A DNA stretch of 64,000 nucleotides from contig OX597836.1 in assembly GCA_951406725.2 (NCBI GenBank), positions 37,324,001-37,388,000 on the forward strand, in the 5' to 3' direction. Both the position numbers and the translations under genes were made by a program. Below, piece after piece: positions 25,749 through 39,721 of the stretch. A model generated the notes under the pieces. The model was not told where the DNA came from and ran no database searches. It saw nothing but the letters and a program-made list of their open reading frames with translations. This DNA comes from Octopus vulgaris. Taxonomy: Eukaryota. The number at the start of each line of letters is the position of its first letter. The first letter of the stretch is position 1.

Positions 25749-26740
25749 TGTCATGTGCGTAGTCATAGTGTACAGGTCGTAGGAATTATTCAATAGAGAT
25801 ATCGTGGAATGTTTGTTGAAGATACACAGTTGAAGAGTAATAAGAGAACATCAGGAACGTTTGATATTATAACAGTTGAGATATAACAATGACGACCAGA
25901 AGTCGTACGACATATCAGTGGCGACGAGGATACCTCCCACTGTATATCAGTGTCATTATAACAGTGGTAGCAAGGTTACGAACACTCGTAGGACTTTCGA
26001 AATGGAAGAAGCACTAGCGTCTGTTGTGAAGCAACAAGAATTGCTGCAGCAGCTGTTACAAAAGTAGCAAGAATACCGTGAACAGCCACGATAGCAACAA
26101 CAACAACAGCTAAACCAGCAGTTGATATAGAGTTATTATGATTATATTTTGTTCATAATACTGAAGGTATGAAGAAATATTTAAAGAGGAGTGAAAAGGC
26201 TGGACAAACGAAAAGAAGGCAAGACTTCTTTTGCGTAAACTAGCTTCGTCAGACCACGAGAAATACTGCAACTTTATTCTACCAAAAAAGCCGCCAGAAA
26301 TTCGCTTTGAAGAAACGATTAAAATATCAATTAATATATTCAGTGAAAAGAGCTCGCTATTGAACATACGTTAAGAATGCCTAAATTTTAAAAAATGAAT
26401 ATGATGACTTTCTTGTATATGCAGGAATTGTAAAGAAAGCTTGCTAAAAAATTCAAGTTAGAAGAGGTTGTCCCCAGACATATTTAAATGTTTGATATTT
26501 GTCCAAGACCTAACTGCAAGTCAGGATGAATAAATACGAGCGAGAATATTAACAAAATTGACACAAGACACTGAAATAACCTTGGAAAAACTGGCAGAAG
26601 TATGTCGACTTATAACAAACAAAAAATAAAACAAACAACGCCCAAACCGTGTTATGGTTGTGGCGAGTTGGACTTGAAATGAGACTGCCCCTTTAGGAAT
26701 TAAGCATATATATATACATAATACAAAATGGGACAAGGAC
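25749..26740 (+). mobile_element. Ty3/gypsy (Mag-like) relic, copy 2: LTR (TGTCA...ATCA), PBS and broken gag
   Basis: PBS tggcgacgag at 25919-25928; MEEALASVVKQQELLQQ.., KARLLLRKLASSDHEKYCNFILPKKP, FKCLIFVQ, IRARILTKL, RCYGCGEL. Confidence 0.82.
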
Positions 26741-27342
26741 GCAAAACATCCGGACAGTTAGGTGATACAAAAATGAGACAACAAAACATCCAGATAGACG
26801 ATACAAAAAAGCCAAAGAGGGAAGTGTTTTCTTTCCTCAATCGAGTACCAGATTATCTTCGCAATTTCAGCTGATTATACTCGAGGTTGCTCCAATCTGG
26901 CCAGCCCCAAGGAAAAACTAAACTAAGAGCATTAGTTTCCTTGGAAGAAAGCAGCGAATGTATACAAAAACAAGGACGGGGAAAAATGGACAATGTTACA
27001 CAAATACAATAAAAATAATAACAGGACATAACAACAGGTGTCTTTCGAGTAAGTACGACTTAAATTAAGCTGGCGTGTGTGGAAATAAAGCAAAATTTCA
27101 CAGGCTCAGGGAGGAATGCACATGCATTGCACAGTCACTGTGTGGTAGTAAGCTTGCTTCGCAACCACAAAGCTCCAGGTTCAGTCCCGCTGCATGGCAC
27201 TCTGAGCAAGTGTCAAGTCACAACAAGCACCGCAGTTCCAAGTAATGCGTGCAGTTCCAAGTAATGCCGACTTTTGCAAAACCTGAGAATCCAGAACTGG
27301 AAAGGATAATATATCATATAACTTCAGGCGGAACAATGAATA

Positions 27343-27880
27343 CACAACTGCATGACAGAGAATGGAATTTACAAATGTGAGGTGAATTTACAAATGTGAA
27401 GTGAATACGAGTACTCAAAACTATGTGTACATTAGTAGTATCGGAGCCATGAAAAATCGTCTGCGCAACCATCTTACGCTATTTTTCAATGTAAACATCA
27501 TTATCTAACGTTAGCTGGAGGCTACAACAGAATGGAGTGAAGCATACGACTAACTGATCTTTAATAATAATAATAATAATAAAACACTGAACCACGCAAT
27601 AGAACATCGCAAGTGTGCAATTTATGCCTAGAGGAAACCCTGGAGATCATCTAATCCACAGAAAAGATAATTAATAGATAATTCCGGAGTAATTATAGCA
27701 TGTTAGCATAAAGGCAAGGCATCATTCCTAGAATTTGGGAAGAACATTTTGAAATAGAAAAGCACTAACCATCATAAGCATCTGGTGCAGTGGTTCGCAA
27801 CCTTTTCACAGTGGGGTTCAGAGCACTTTTATTTAAATGAGCTTTCCCACGTACCCTTTTTAATATTCCTATCCTTATAT
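27343..27880 (+). pseudogene. Penelope-like GIY-YIG relic (copy 2)
   Basis: HNCMTENGIYKCEVNTSTQNYVYISSIGAMKNRLRNHL..LSNVSWRL..CNLCLEETLEII; GIY...YI(G>S) motif; 19-bp internal duplication at about 27365-27403. Confidence 0.75.
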
Positions 27881-27899
27881 AAACAAAGGGGTTGAGTTT

Positions 27900-28186
27900 C
27901 GTTGAGTTCAAATTCCGCCGAGGTCGATTTTGTCTTTCATGATTTCGGAGTCGATAAAATAATACCAGTTACGCGCTGAGGGCGATGTAATCCTTTCAAC
28001 TATAGGCACAAGGCCTGAAAATTAGGGAAAGGGGCTAGTGTTCAACTGGTACTTACTTTATCGAACCCCAAAGGATGAAAGGCAAAAATCGACCTCGACG
28101 GAATTTGAACTCAGAACGTAGCGACGGGCAGAATTCCGCTAAACATTTTGTTAAGTACGCTAACTATTCTGCCAGCTCGCCGCATT
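27900..28186. mobile_element. SINE-A-related fragments, tail-to-tail (+ then -)
   Basis: B-box and central domain present on both strands. Confidence 0.7.
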
Positions 28187-28187
28187 A

Positions 28188-28414
<227 letters not shown>

Positions 28415-28633
28415 TAAATCACACGTATTGAGAAGAGCATTGTCGATGTGAGAACTGTTGCTGCTCATGTATTTTAATTTAACTAAAAAAAAAAAAAATG
28501 AACGAACTATTGAGTTTGGTTTAATGGCCTACCAATGTATACTATGAGTTTCTTTGCCCTAGGAGTCTGGAAGACACCCGGCAAGAAATGGAAGCAAATT
28601 TGAAAGAAGAGAAAAAAAAAGTAATAATAAAAA

Positions 28634-28680
<47 letters not shown>

Positions 28681-29021
28681 TGATGATGATGATGATGGAA
28701 GTGAAGTAGAACATGTGCGTGTGTTTCATATATACTTTATTGTTCTAGTAACATTATGTCGCACTTGGGGATAGTATCATGATGACATTTGAACCAGCCA
28801 ATAATTACAGGGTTAATATTTTCCTTGAGAGTGAGACATACGCAATATTTTAGTTTGTATCTGTAGAGTTTAAGTTACTAGTTATTTTATAGCTGTCTTC
28901 TGATCTTAGAGAGCAAAAGCCTTTATGCTGTTTAAGATGTGATCCGATGCGATATTTGTGTTTGACTACATTTATATGTGTATGTGTACTGGTTAAGAAA
29001 ACCTGGCTTATATTTATATAA

Positions 29022-29247
29022 GCGAGCTGGCAGAAACGTTAGCATGCCGGGCGAAATGCGTAGCTGTATTTCGTCTGCCGTTATGTTCTGAGTTCAAATT
29101 CCGCCGAGGTCGCCTTTGCCTTTCATCCTTTCGAGGTCGATTAAATAAGTACCTTTTACGCACTGGGGTCGATGTAAATGACTTAATCCATTCGTCTGTC
29201 CTTGTTCGTCCCCTCTGTGTTTAGCCCCTTGTGGGTAGTAAAGAAAT
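29022..29247 (+). mobile_element. SINE-A
   Basis: Consensus match; 14-bp TSD ttatatttatataa. Confidence 0.92.
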
Positions 29248-30559
29248 TTATATTTATATAACGATACTTCAATTTTTTTGGACGAAGGAGAATTTGGGGT
29301 TAAGTTAAACTGGTTAAAAGAATTTGCATATTTAATACTTTCCTTGCCAGCGAGATCGAACAGGAAATTACCGGTGTGTTGACAGTGTGACACCGAGCGA
29401 CTCGGAGGTGGTGGTCATGGTGTGGCACTCAAAATCATATGATTATGATTTCGAATCTTGGACTGCTTTTTAAGGGTATTAATACCCAATTTTTCTGATA
29501 TTTTAACGCCTATATCACTTTCTTGCCTGTATCATACGATACACATTCGACGCTTCTAAAACCAGCAAGCAAATGTAAATTTGTTTATATACACACATGG
29601 CTGTTACATGTGTGTGTGTGTGTGTGTGTATGTGTGTGTGTATGTGTGTGTGTGCGTGTTTTCAAATATGAAATGGAAGGACCACATGCACTTAACGATC
29701 AAATACACCGTTTTTGCAGGTAGGCTGCGAAATGGCGTGGAGGCGAATACTCCCTCCATGCATCGGGTGTTAAAACACCTGAAAGTCATAAACAGGTGAG
29801 ATAATCCACCCCAGATAACATTTAGGATTTATGGACATCGATGTTTCGCCATTTTTGTGTCTTATCAACATCACATACTCAAACCGAATCGTAGTAATAT
29901 CCAGACACAGACTACGAAAATCGGCCAAACATGATTTCCAGTTAGAACTTGAGTCGGATTTTGCGTTTCTGTTTAATAAGACTTTCTGTGAAATATATAA
30001 TACAGCGATGAAATTAACATATTTAGAAGCCGAAATTAATGGGATTAACAAAAATATTTCTTTTATAGTTTTGCTTGTTCTCTTTGTTTTTTCTGAATAT
30101 CCAATCTAAATTAATGTTAAAAGGAGATACATGATATTTTATACATGGTGACGTAATTAAATTTGAAATTTGAACAGTCAATAATAATGCGATTAATTAA
30201 ATGAAGTTTTGTTATTCTTTAATTGTTCTTTTATCTAAATTTTCAATTAATTTTTTTTTTTTGTTACAATAATAAGAGGTATCTTTTATATTTTACTTGC
30301 TTCAACCATTGGACTGCGACCATGCTGGGGCATTCCCTACATGAATTTAGTCGAACTGACTGCATTCAGTATTATTATTTTTCTTTAATCTGGTACAATT
30401 TCATCGGAATCTTTTGCCGAATTGCTAAGTTACGGACTCGTAAACAAACCAACACTAGTTGGCAAGCGGTGGTGGTGTTTACAGACAGAACGCAATAAGA
30501 CAAACACACATACACACACACACGCACGCATGCACACAGACACAGACACACACGACACA

Positions 30560-30619
<60 letters not shown>

Positions 30620-30621
30620 TA

Positions 30622-30694
30622 CAGGGTGTCCAGACAGTTCGCCCGATTTTTAATTTATTGTACATATATGATCGGGCAAGACTTTCTGGACACA

Positions 30695-30697
<3 letters not shown>
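30622..30697. mobile_element. Tiny Tc1/mariner-type MITE
   Basis: TA|CAGGGTGTCCAGACAG..GCCCGAT / ATCGGGC..CTTTCTGGACACACTG; about 27-bp imperfect TIRs. Confidence 0.7.
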
Positions 30698-30731
<34 letters not shown>

Positions 30732-30822
30732 TTAATCCAAACGGGAAAACAGAAAAAACAACAACACGTGGAACAATTATAGTATTATTATTATTAGGCG
30801 CTCAGGAAAATGGAAGAAGGAA

Positions 30823-31151
30823 ATGGCTCAGTGGTTAGAGTGTCGAGCTTATGATCGTGAGGTTGTGAGCTCGAATCCCGGACCGGGCTGCGTGTTCTGT
30901 TCTTGAGCAAGACACATTATTTCACGTTGCTCCAATTAACTCAGCTGTAGAAATGAGTTGCGACGTCACAGGTGCCAAGCCGTATCGGCTGCTGCCTTTC
31001 CCTTGGATAACACTGGTGGTGTGGCGAGGGGGGGGGGGCTGTATGCATGGGCAACTGCTGGTCTTCCATAAACAACCTCGCCCGGACTTGTGACTAGGAG
31101 GGTAACTTTCTAGGTGCAATCCCATGGTCAGTGTCGTGACCGAAGGGGGTC
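30823..31151 (+). mobile_element. SINE-E (SINE-D-type head and core with a different tail)
   Basis: tggctcagtggttagag..gagctcgaatccc..cttgagcaagacac..tttcacgttgctcca shared with SINE-D; the 3' part is unrelated to the C/D tail. Confidence 0.8.
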
Positions 31152-31836
31152 CCGACCCGATGTTGGAACTGAACACAAGACCACATGGCTGGGAAGGAAG
31201 CATTTAACCCACACAGCCATGCCATGCCCGGGCTTATTTGAAGAAGATCCACTAAATGAACGAGCAATTAGACAACTTCTGATTAAGACCAGGGACCGAA
31301 ACAATTTCACTTGAAGTGATATTACTCGAAATATTTCAAGATAATTTGAGATTATTTTTACATCCTACATATTTTCTGCTTTTGTATCGGAAAAAATACA
31401 AATCGTGCTGTCTATTTGTGTTCTTTCTAATTAGCAGAAGGATTTCAATCCATTTACTACCGTAATTACAGCTACAAAATTTTGAATTGTTGCTCGAGCC
31501 TTCGAGCAAATCTGTCGAGGCGTCTATTCGTTCATTTGCGCAAACTTCTTCCTGTATCTCGTTTACACTTAGGCAAAGAATATTTTTGAATCGGGATAGA
31601 TACACTTCAATATCGGTATTGTTTTTGGCGTCCAAAATGTTTCGTATATGTATATGTGTATTTACATGTGTGTAACTGTATGCGGGCATGTATGCAAATA
31701 TGCGCGTATATATATATGTATATGTATGTATATATATATAATCATATCGAAGGGAAATGGAAATTAATAGAAATTTCCATTTCCTGTGGCTTAACGTGTA
31801 AAAATTTAGTCCAAAGACTTTGTATTACTAATAAAA

Positions 31837-32099
31837 TACAGTGTACATTTATACACATAAGAGGAATCCACTCATGGGATTCAACATGCTAGAAAGAACA
31901 GCTAGATTGTATAACCACAAAATCAGGGATAAAATCTGACAGAAAATAGAAACTTTTTACCATCTAGTTGGTAAGTTTTAATTTTTTCCTTTCGTTCCTT
32001 TCAGATTTTATCCCTAATATTGTGGTTATAGAACCTAGCTGTTCTTTCTAGCGTGTTGAATCTCACGAGTGGATTCCTTATCTATTTAAATGTACACTG

Positions 32100-32101
<2 letters not shown>
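31837..32101. repeat. Fold-back (about 105-bp imperfect inverted arms) next to (TA)n
   Basis: tacagtgtacattta..ggaatccactc.tg.gattcaaca.gctagaaagaacagctag..gggataaaatctga mirrored at 32001-32101. Confidence 0.85.
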
Positions 32102-32172
<71 letters not shown>

Positions 32173-32534
32173 ATGTAAGTTCGCTCAGTGATATTCATAT
32201 GGAATACAAAATACAGACGAGAGCAGAGGATTATGTAAAGTCTTTTCACGCCAGCTGTTTCGGTAACACCATAACTTATGCCGCATTTACAATCATAAGT
32301 AATATGCGCATGATGTAAAAGGTGCGCCCAACGCCATAAGTACCAATGAAACTGTGACGTTGATTAAGGAGACCCTTCTTGGGAGAAATGTGGTGAATGT
32401 GTTTTTCATAGCAGTGTTTGTGAATATAACGGTTTAATGAAAAGAATAAGGTGGTGAGAGAAGTAATTGAGGAAGCAGGGAAAACATATAAGTGAAGCGG
32501 TTACAGAAGGCATGCGTGATGAAAATACCAAAAT

Positions 32535-32713
32535 GGTTTTAGTCGAACAACTCGACCCTAGGATTTATTTTGAAGCCTAGTACTTACTCTATGGATCTTT
32601 TTTGCCGAACCGCTAAGTTACGGAACGTAGACACACCAACACCGGTTGTCAAGCAGGGATGAGAGGACGAACACAGACACACATAGATATATACATACTT
32701 ATATCTACATATA

Positions 32714-32757
<44 letters not shown>

Positions 32758-32760
32758 CAC

Positions 32761-32804
<44 letters not shown>

Positions 32805-32930
32805 TTATTTATACGACGAGTTACTTTCATTTTTCATCTAACAAATTCACTCACAAGGCTTTGGTCTGCCCGAGGCTTTATTAGGAGACGCTTGCCCAAG
32901 GTGGCATGCAGGGGAACTGAACCCAGCAAC
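32535..32930 (-). mobile_element. SINE-B, diverged
   Basis: tttgccgaaccgctaagttacg, internal microsatellite, ttgcccaaggtg. Confidence 0.8.
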
Positions 32931-34994
32931 ATCCCTATGATCTAGCGATTCGGTAGATATGACGGATGGAGAAGGTGCCTGATTGTAGTACTAGGGTTGC
33001 TTTGTTATACTAAAACCCTCCAAAGCAATTACTAAACATGGATGTTGTCCAGTGACTGAGACAAGTGAAAGATAAATCACACACACACACACACACATAC
33101 ACAGACTCATATATATTCATATGGATGGCAGGGTTATGCACACCCTCATGTATGCGTGCAGATATATGTGTGTGTGTGTATAGTATATGCATTCGTGATT
33201 GTTCGTATCAGTAGGTTCCTCTCTCGTGCTTCGTTGAAACTTGATAATAGTATTTACATTGGATTGTTGGTAATATCTTAGATCCATATGCATTAAATTT
33301 TCATTAGTCCAGCATGCCTTGAGATTAGACGGACGAGAAGAAAAAGACAAAATTTGTATCAAAACAAAACTAGGTAAATATATATGCTGTGCTTTGAAAC
33401 TATCGATTATTTTTCTTGGTCTCTTCTACGAAATAAATATCATTTGGCGAACTATTATTTTTTTATTCTATTTTAAAGCGATAGCATTTCTTTGGGCTCT
33501 TATTAACTATGTTTATTTATCATTTAGTGTTTCTTGTTTTGGTCACCTGATATCAAGTTCGTTATTTCTACTGCATTGGAGACAGACACGTCAATTTCAT
33601 AAACAAGGCACTATTCAATACTAAATACATTAAGATGGTAAAGTAAAATCATTAATATAATATGAGGACTCTCGTTGCTGTTCTGCAGTGGCGGGGGGGG
33701 GGCAGTGAGGGGATGCATTCGAAAAGAATAATATAGCCGGAAAAGCATATGACTTAACTGACACGATACGAAAGAATGAGATTCGCTACCAACATTATGA
33801 GCGAAAAATTTTTTTATATTTTCTTTTTGGTCGTTCTACGTCTCAACACAAACTTTAGCTGTCCAGTAACTTAATCTACAAATTAATTCTAAAAGAATGA
33901 TTTATTTGTTTCCATACTTTTACATAAGGAACAACGCGAAGAAGCAGAAGTTTTTAATGTACAGTTTTATGTTATGGAATCTTATATACGACATAATGCA
34001 TTATTATATATTATATATTATATATTATATATTATATATTATTTATTTTATACTACATATTATTCTCAGATACATACTGTATTTAAAATCAATTTTTTCT
34101 AAATGTAAGCGCACATATCACCGTATGATTATGAAATTATTTCAACAAACCTGGTTCGATTCTTCGAACGAATGCTTTCTACTATGTGACAAGAAGCCTA
34201 TCTTATATGTATGTATGTATTTATCAGCATTATGAGATATATGTACTCCGCCATGGATGCATGTATGATGATGTTCGATCTGTACTTAGATTCTATGTGT
34301 GCGTATTTTTCTTTTTCCACAAAGCCCCATTATTATTTCGATGATGCTGTCAAGGATGTTTGCCATCATTGATTCACGTTGATGGACATGCGCAAGACAA
34401 ATTTTAAAATCTCATTTGTATTTATTTCTTGAAGGCTAATTTTCGAAAACGAAACGAAACGTTTACATGCGAGTAAATCAATCGACTCATATCACTGTGG
34501 ACGGTCTTATCGAAAAGTAAATTTTTCGGTAACATTCATCAAATAGTACGTAGTATAGTCAAAAACAAAATACATTTAAAATAGTATTATTGACAGAAGA
34601 GACCTGGGAACCGAAAATGTTTCAGGAAAAACAGAGGGTAGTTTGGAGAACAGTTATTAAATATCAATGTTCACAGGCTCCACACCCTTAGGCTGAAACG
34701 TTTAAAAGAATAAAAGAATAAACTGTTAGAGGGCAGTCAAAATTTATGGATATTTCACTAAATTACATATGAACAAAGGACTGCAAAACCATGGATATTA
34801 ATAGAGCTGCCAGAATAAGGCCAATGATTTTAAAAGGTTCAACTGAGCTAAAGAAATCTGTAACAACGAAGACTTTGAGCTTAAATAATATGATTATCTA
34901 TGTATGGTGCAAAAAATCTCTGGACAATGGGACCCGGAATCCAAAGAAGAGTTTAATGTTGAGTGTTTAGAATGATGGTATTTCGGTCAATTAC

Positions 34995-35184
34995 GGTATT
35001 TCGTCTGCCGCTACGTTCTGAGTTCAAATTCCGCCGAGGTCGACTTTGCCTTTCATCCTTTCGGGGTCGATAAATTAAGTACCAGTTACGCACTGGGGTC
35101 GATGTAATAGACTTAATCCGTTTGTCTGTCCTTGTTTGTCCCCCTCTGTGATTAGCCCCTTGTGGGTAGTAAAGAAATAGGTAT
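34995..35184 (+). mobile_element. SINE-A, 5'-truncated at the GGTATTTCG junction
   Basis: Starts ggtatttcgtctgccg and ends gaaataggtatt. Confidence 0.9.
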
Positions 35185-35199
35185 TGGAATATGTTTTAT

Positions 35200-35506
35200 C
35201 TTTTACTTTTTACTTGTTTTAGTCTTTAGACTGCGGCCATCCTGGGGCACCGACCTGAAGGATTTTTTAGTGGAATGAATCGACCCAAATACTGATTATT
35301 TTTTAAAAGCCTGGAACTTATTCTATCATTCTTTCTTTGCCGAACCGCTAGTTAACTTGAAGTGAAACAAACCATCACTGGTTATGTAGTGGTATAGTGG
35401 GAGGTGCAAACACAGACAAAAAGACACATACATTGATATAGATAGTGTATATATGTATATATATATATATATATGTGTGTGTGTTGTGTGTGTGTGTCTA
35501 TGTATG

Positions 35507-35549
<43 letters not shown>

Positions 35550-35830
35550 GTGTGTGTGTGTGTGTGTACATATATGATGGAACTCCTTCAGCCTCCGTCC
35601 ATAACATCCATTCACAATATTTTGATCGACCCGAGGCTATAGTAGAAGACATTTGTTCAAGGTGTCACTCAGTGGAACTGAACTCGGAACCATGTCTCTG
35701 GGATGCAAAGTACTTACACACAGTTACACCTGCGCCTATAGCTACGAATGCCACTATAACCACGCCTGCGCCTATAGCTACGAATGCCCCTATAACCACT
35801 TCTGCGCCAATACCTACGCCAACGCCTATG
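35200..35830 (-). mobile_element. Old SINE-B with 36-bp tandem repeats at its 5' end
   Basis: SINE-B modules; cctgcgcctatagctacgaatgcc.ctataacca repeated about 2.5 times at 35728-35830. Confidence 0.7.
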
Positions 35831-36003
35831 CCCTCGCTTAGGCTTATTATTTAAATCTTAAATTTAAAGACATTTGAACATATTTGAATATATATACAAG
35901 TTCTTAGTTGAAATGTCTATCAATGAATTCACTGATTTATTGTGGGAAGGTCGGGGTCGGGATGCAGTTAATATGATAATTTACTTAAAGTTATGAAATA
36001 TAA

Positions 36004-36239
36004 TATGGCGGCGAGCTGCCAGAAACGTTAGCACGCCAGGCGAAATGCTTTGCGATATTTCGTCAGCCGTTACGTTCTGAGTTCAAATACCGCCGAGGTT
36101 GACTCTGCCTTTCATCCTTTCGGGGTCGATTAAATAAATACCAGTTACGCACTGGGGTCGATATAATCAACTTAATCCGTTCGTCTATCCTTGTTTGTCC
36201 TCTCTGCGTTTAGCCCCTTGTGGGTAGTAAAAAAACAAG
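36004..36239 (+). mobile_element. SINE-A
   Basis: Consensus match; 14-bp TSD gttatgaaatataa. Confidence 0.9.
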
Positions 36240-38006
36240 GTTATGAAATATAACAATGATCTTCATTTAGTAAACTTTACAGGATTTATACTCCCACCTT
36301 TAGTATTTTGTTTTATTTGTTATTTTTATTCAACTCAAGAAGGCAGAAAGATAATAAAATGTTTAGGAGTATTTGTTTCCGGCTCTTTCCGACCTGATTT
36401 CAAATCCTGACAGTGTGAACTTTGCCTTTCACTCTTTCGAAATCGATAAAATAAAGTACCACTCAAATACCGGAGTCCATGTAATTGACTTTGTCCCTCT
36501 GCTCAAAGTTGCTAGTCGTGTGCCAAAATTAGAAATCAAGTTATCATTGATGAAATAAAGGCTCTTACCAAACTTTTCTATCCATTCACTATATTTTTTT
36601 TTTCAAAATTTATCTAGCACTACATTATCTTAAGTATCCTTCTTTTTGTTTGAACCTAGGACAGCTGTGATCCAGAAAAAGAACGAGCTAAAGCATTTTG
36701 CATGTTCGTAACAATCTTGCTTTATTTTCCTTGGTAGAGTTGAAACAAGAACTACATTATCCCTCGGATCCTTCCATTTTCTCTGCAATAAGTTGTAGAA
36801 AGATGGAATGAGAGTGACTTGGTTCATACTGAGTACAGATAAGCTCCTTAAATGACTGGAAAATATTGGTTTTTATTCCCATTAATCTTCTTTATTTATT
36901 TTTATCAGATATTCTTCTTAATCCTAATTTTCTCTAACCGTTCACAAACCCAATTAATATTTGATGATTCTGTGTGTATAATTTAGTCGTTTCGAATTCG
37001 CGATTCTTGGTCATATTGGAATATCTCTTCAAATAAAACATTACGCGAATACATTGGAGAGTTTCTCCAAGCGTTTATTATATCGAGTTCTTATGAACAG
37101 TGACAAATCTAATTTTTCTGTGGTTTGATCTTGATCTGAGAGTAACATAGAATGGTGTCATCGTTTTGCTTTCCATGTTGTAAATGGACATATGAATGCA
37201 TTTGCTTTGTTTTGTACTGTCAATAAAGCTATTTTCCAGTTAACTATAATTATATCCTCTATCAGCTCTTAAGACATCGTTTCTTGAAGTTTGTTCTCAG
37301 TGTAAATGCTTGTCATTGAACGGTATGGGTCATTCATTTGTCATTTCCTTTCCATGAAGGATTAGGTCCTAAAGACATATGCTGGTTTGGCGTGTTAAAA
37401 TTACCGGGCTTCACAACAACACTCTAGGTCCTAGTGTCTAGGAACATGATAACATCGAAAAGAGAAAGGCATTAAAATGAAAGTTAGAATCAATCGCCCG
37501 AAGAAAACATAAAAATGTGAGTGCACTAATATATATATATATACGATCAAAACGGCCCCCGTCAAATGGACGGTGCTGAATCATATCTGCTGAATAAAAA
37601 GCAATCAGTGTTTTCTTTTCATTAAAAAATGATTAAGCATGATTTTATTTCAATAAAATTTTTGGTTTTGTTAAACGAGGTTAAGGCAAAAAAAAAAATG
37701 GTCTGTCCTTCCTTCATGCCAAGTTTGAAGAAAATATCTCTTTTGCATCTTACTTTTTTGGTCTCTTAAATATACTGCATTATGTGGCATTATTTCAAGC
37801 CAGCTGGCATTTTTTGCGCAAACTGCACGTGCATTTTTCTCGCATACGTCTCAAGTTGTATAAAAATAGTTATTGTCTGCATCATTCGAAAGAGAAATAA
37901 ATTCTGCATAAGGTGTAAAAGATAAAAATTATTTGTATAGTGTTAGTAGCAAAATATCTTGCAAGAAATAGAACTTTTATCATCGGTCTTAAATATATTT
38001 TCGCCA

Positions 38007-38036
<30 letters not shown>

Positions 38037-38041
<5 letters not shown>

Positions 38042-38241
38042 ATCCAAACCAGAAAGCACAAAAAAACACAACAACGCGAGGACGTGGAACAAATATAGTA
38101 TTATTGGACGCTCAGGAAAGAAGGAAAGAAGGAGGGCTTAACGTTTCGAGCGGAGCTCTTCGTCAGAAACATAGGAGAAGGAAAGATCCAGAGAAGGGAA
38201 GACAGAGGAAAAAAATCGCCAACGGTACACACGAGGTCACA
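38037..38241 (-). mobile_element. Family P1 pLTR-like element with a canonical hammerhead-like motif at 38136-38170
   Basis: Minus strand GUUU-CUGACGA-A-GAGC(UCC)GCUC-GAAAC-GUU^AAGC; 3' end joins (TA)n. Confidence 0.8.
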
Positions 38242-39573
38242 TATAAATAGTATTCCTCTCTGCTGAAGCGCCCACACATGGGTGTTGCTAAGCAGCATTC
38301 AAATGTATAATAATTATAGAGAATGTCCTTTTAAAATGTTTTTTGAAAATATAATCTCAGCAATTTAAAGCTAGTGTACTGTGCTGAACAAATGTTGTGA
38401 TCTAATATCTACTGAAGACACTAATATTGTAATTGTTTACTTGTTTCTTTTGGTCCTGTTTGTTTGTGTTGTAGCTCCTCGCCCCAGGACGACCATGTAG
38501 ATATTAGATTAAAAGTAATGGAAGTCTGAGCACACCTTCCTATATTTTTGTATGTCAGAGACTTCATTGTCCAATATATCCTTGTTTATGATGTTTTTTA
38601 TCCCCCAAACCTGATCCCTGATATAGCAAAATTATAAATATGTGCATTCCAGCTATTACCATCCACAAACTTCATTCATGTATAATGTATCTTGGACTAA
38701 ATATAATTTGAGCTTGCTTAAGATGACAAGATGTGATATGAGTGAGATGATTTGGGATGCTACTTCTAGGATTTCGAACGAACGCAAAAAGATTTCTTCC
38801 CTCTTGCTTAAAAGGCTGGATGTAATTTAAGGGGAATTTGTCAGCCATTGCAAGATCAGGTGACCGAATAGATGCTTTTTTTCGGAACGTCGGAAATCAG
38901 GAAACCTCTTCTTTGATCTTTGAAAACTCCTCTGCTAATGAACACATTGTTGATTAATATCCACAAAACTCATTAACACTATTAAGGATCATACTGACAA
39001 AGAGGGCTATAGTATGCCCCCCCATTATTGAAAGACTTAAATTAATTTAAATGACATTGAATATTTAGAGGAGATTACCAAATTTGTAAAGATAAAAACA
39101 AAAATGATTTTTATTTTCGTGAAGATAATAAATTCTGTTAGACATGCTGTGATATTATTAATTTTTAATCAATTTTAATAAATTAAAATTCCTGAGGATA
39201 TCCTCCTCTGTTTCTTGAGCGGAGATGCTCATTGAGATAACAGCGTGTTTTTCTCATCACGGATGTAAGATTAATTAAAATTTCATAGTTGTCTCTATTG
39301 ACTAAGTTAGTGCTCTTTTTATTAATAATGATATTATTAAGAGGCAGCGGATTAACTACGAACAAAATGCCTTGCGGTATTTGTTGTCACTTTTTTATGT
39401 TCTGAGTTCAAATCCCGCAGAGATCAACTTTACCTTTCATCTTTCCGCGATCAATAAAATAAAGTATATGTAAAGTACAGAGGTCGATATAAAAGCCCAA
39501 CAATTCACCCCAAATTTCTGTCCCTGTACCTCTGTTAGACACTACTATATAGTGGATAGATGGTGGTTTGGAA

Positions 39574-39621
39574 GTGGCTCTGATGAAAGAGAAGTAACTC
39601 TTGAAATATGCATATACGCAC
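39574..39621 (+). ncRNA. Type-I hammerhead-like motif
   Basis: CUGAUGA-AAGAG(AAGUAA)CUCUU-GAAA-UAUGCAUA-UA^; stem III palindrome AUAUGCAUAU; stem I imperfect. Confidence 0.7.
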
Positions 39622-39721
39622 ACGACCTATTCTGTCCAACTCAGATCGCATTATTTTCGTAAACAAAACGTGATAACTTTCAGTGGTGGGTCCGAATTCT
39701 ATAGCAAATCTATAGAGATAT

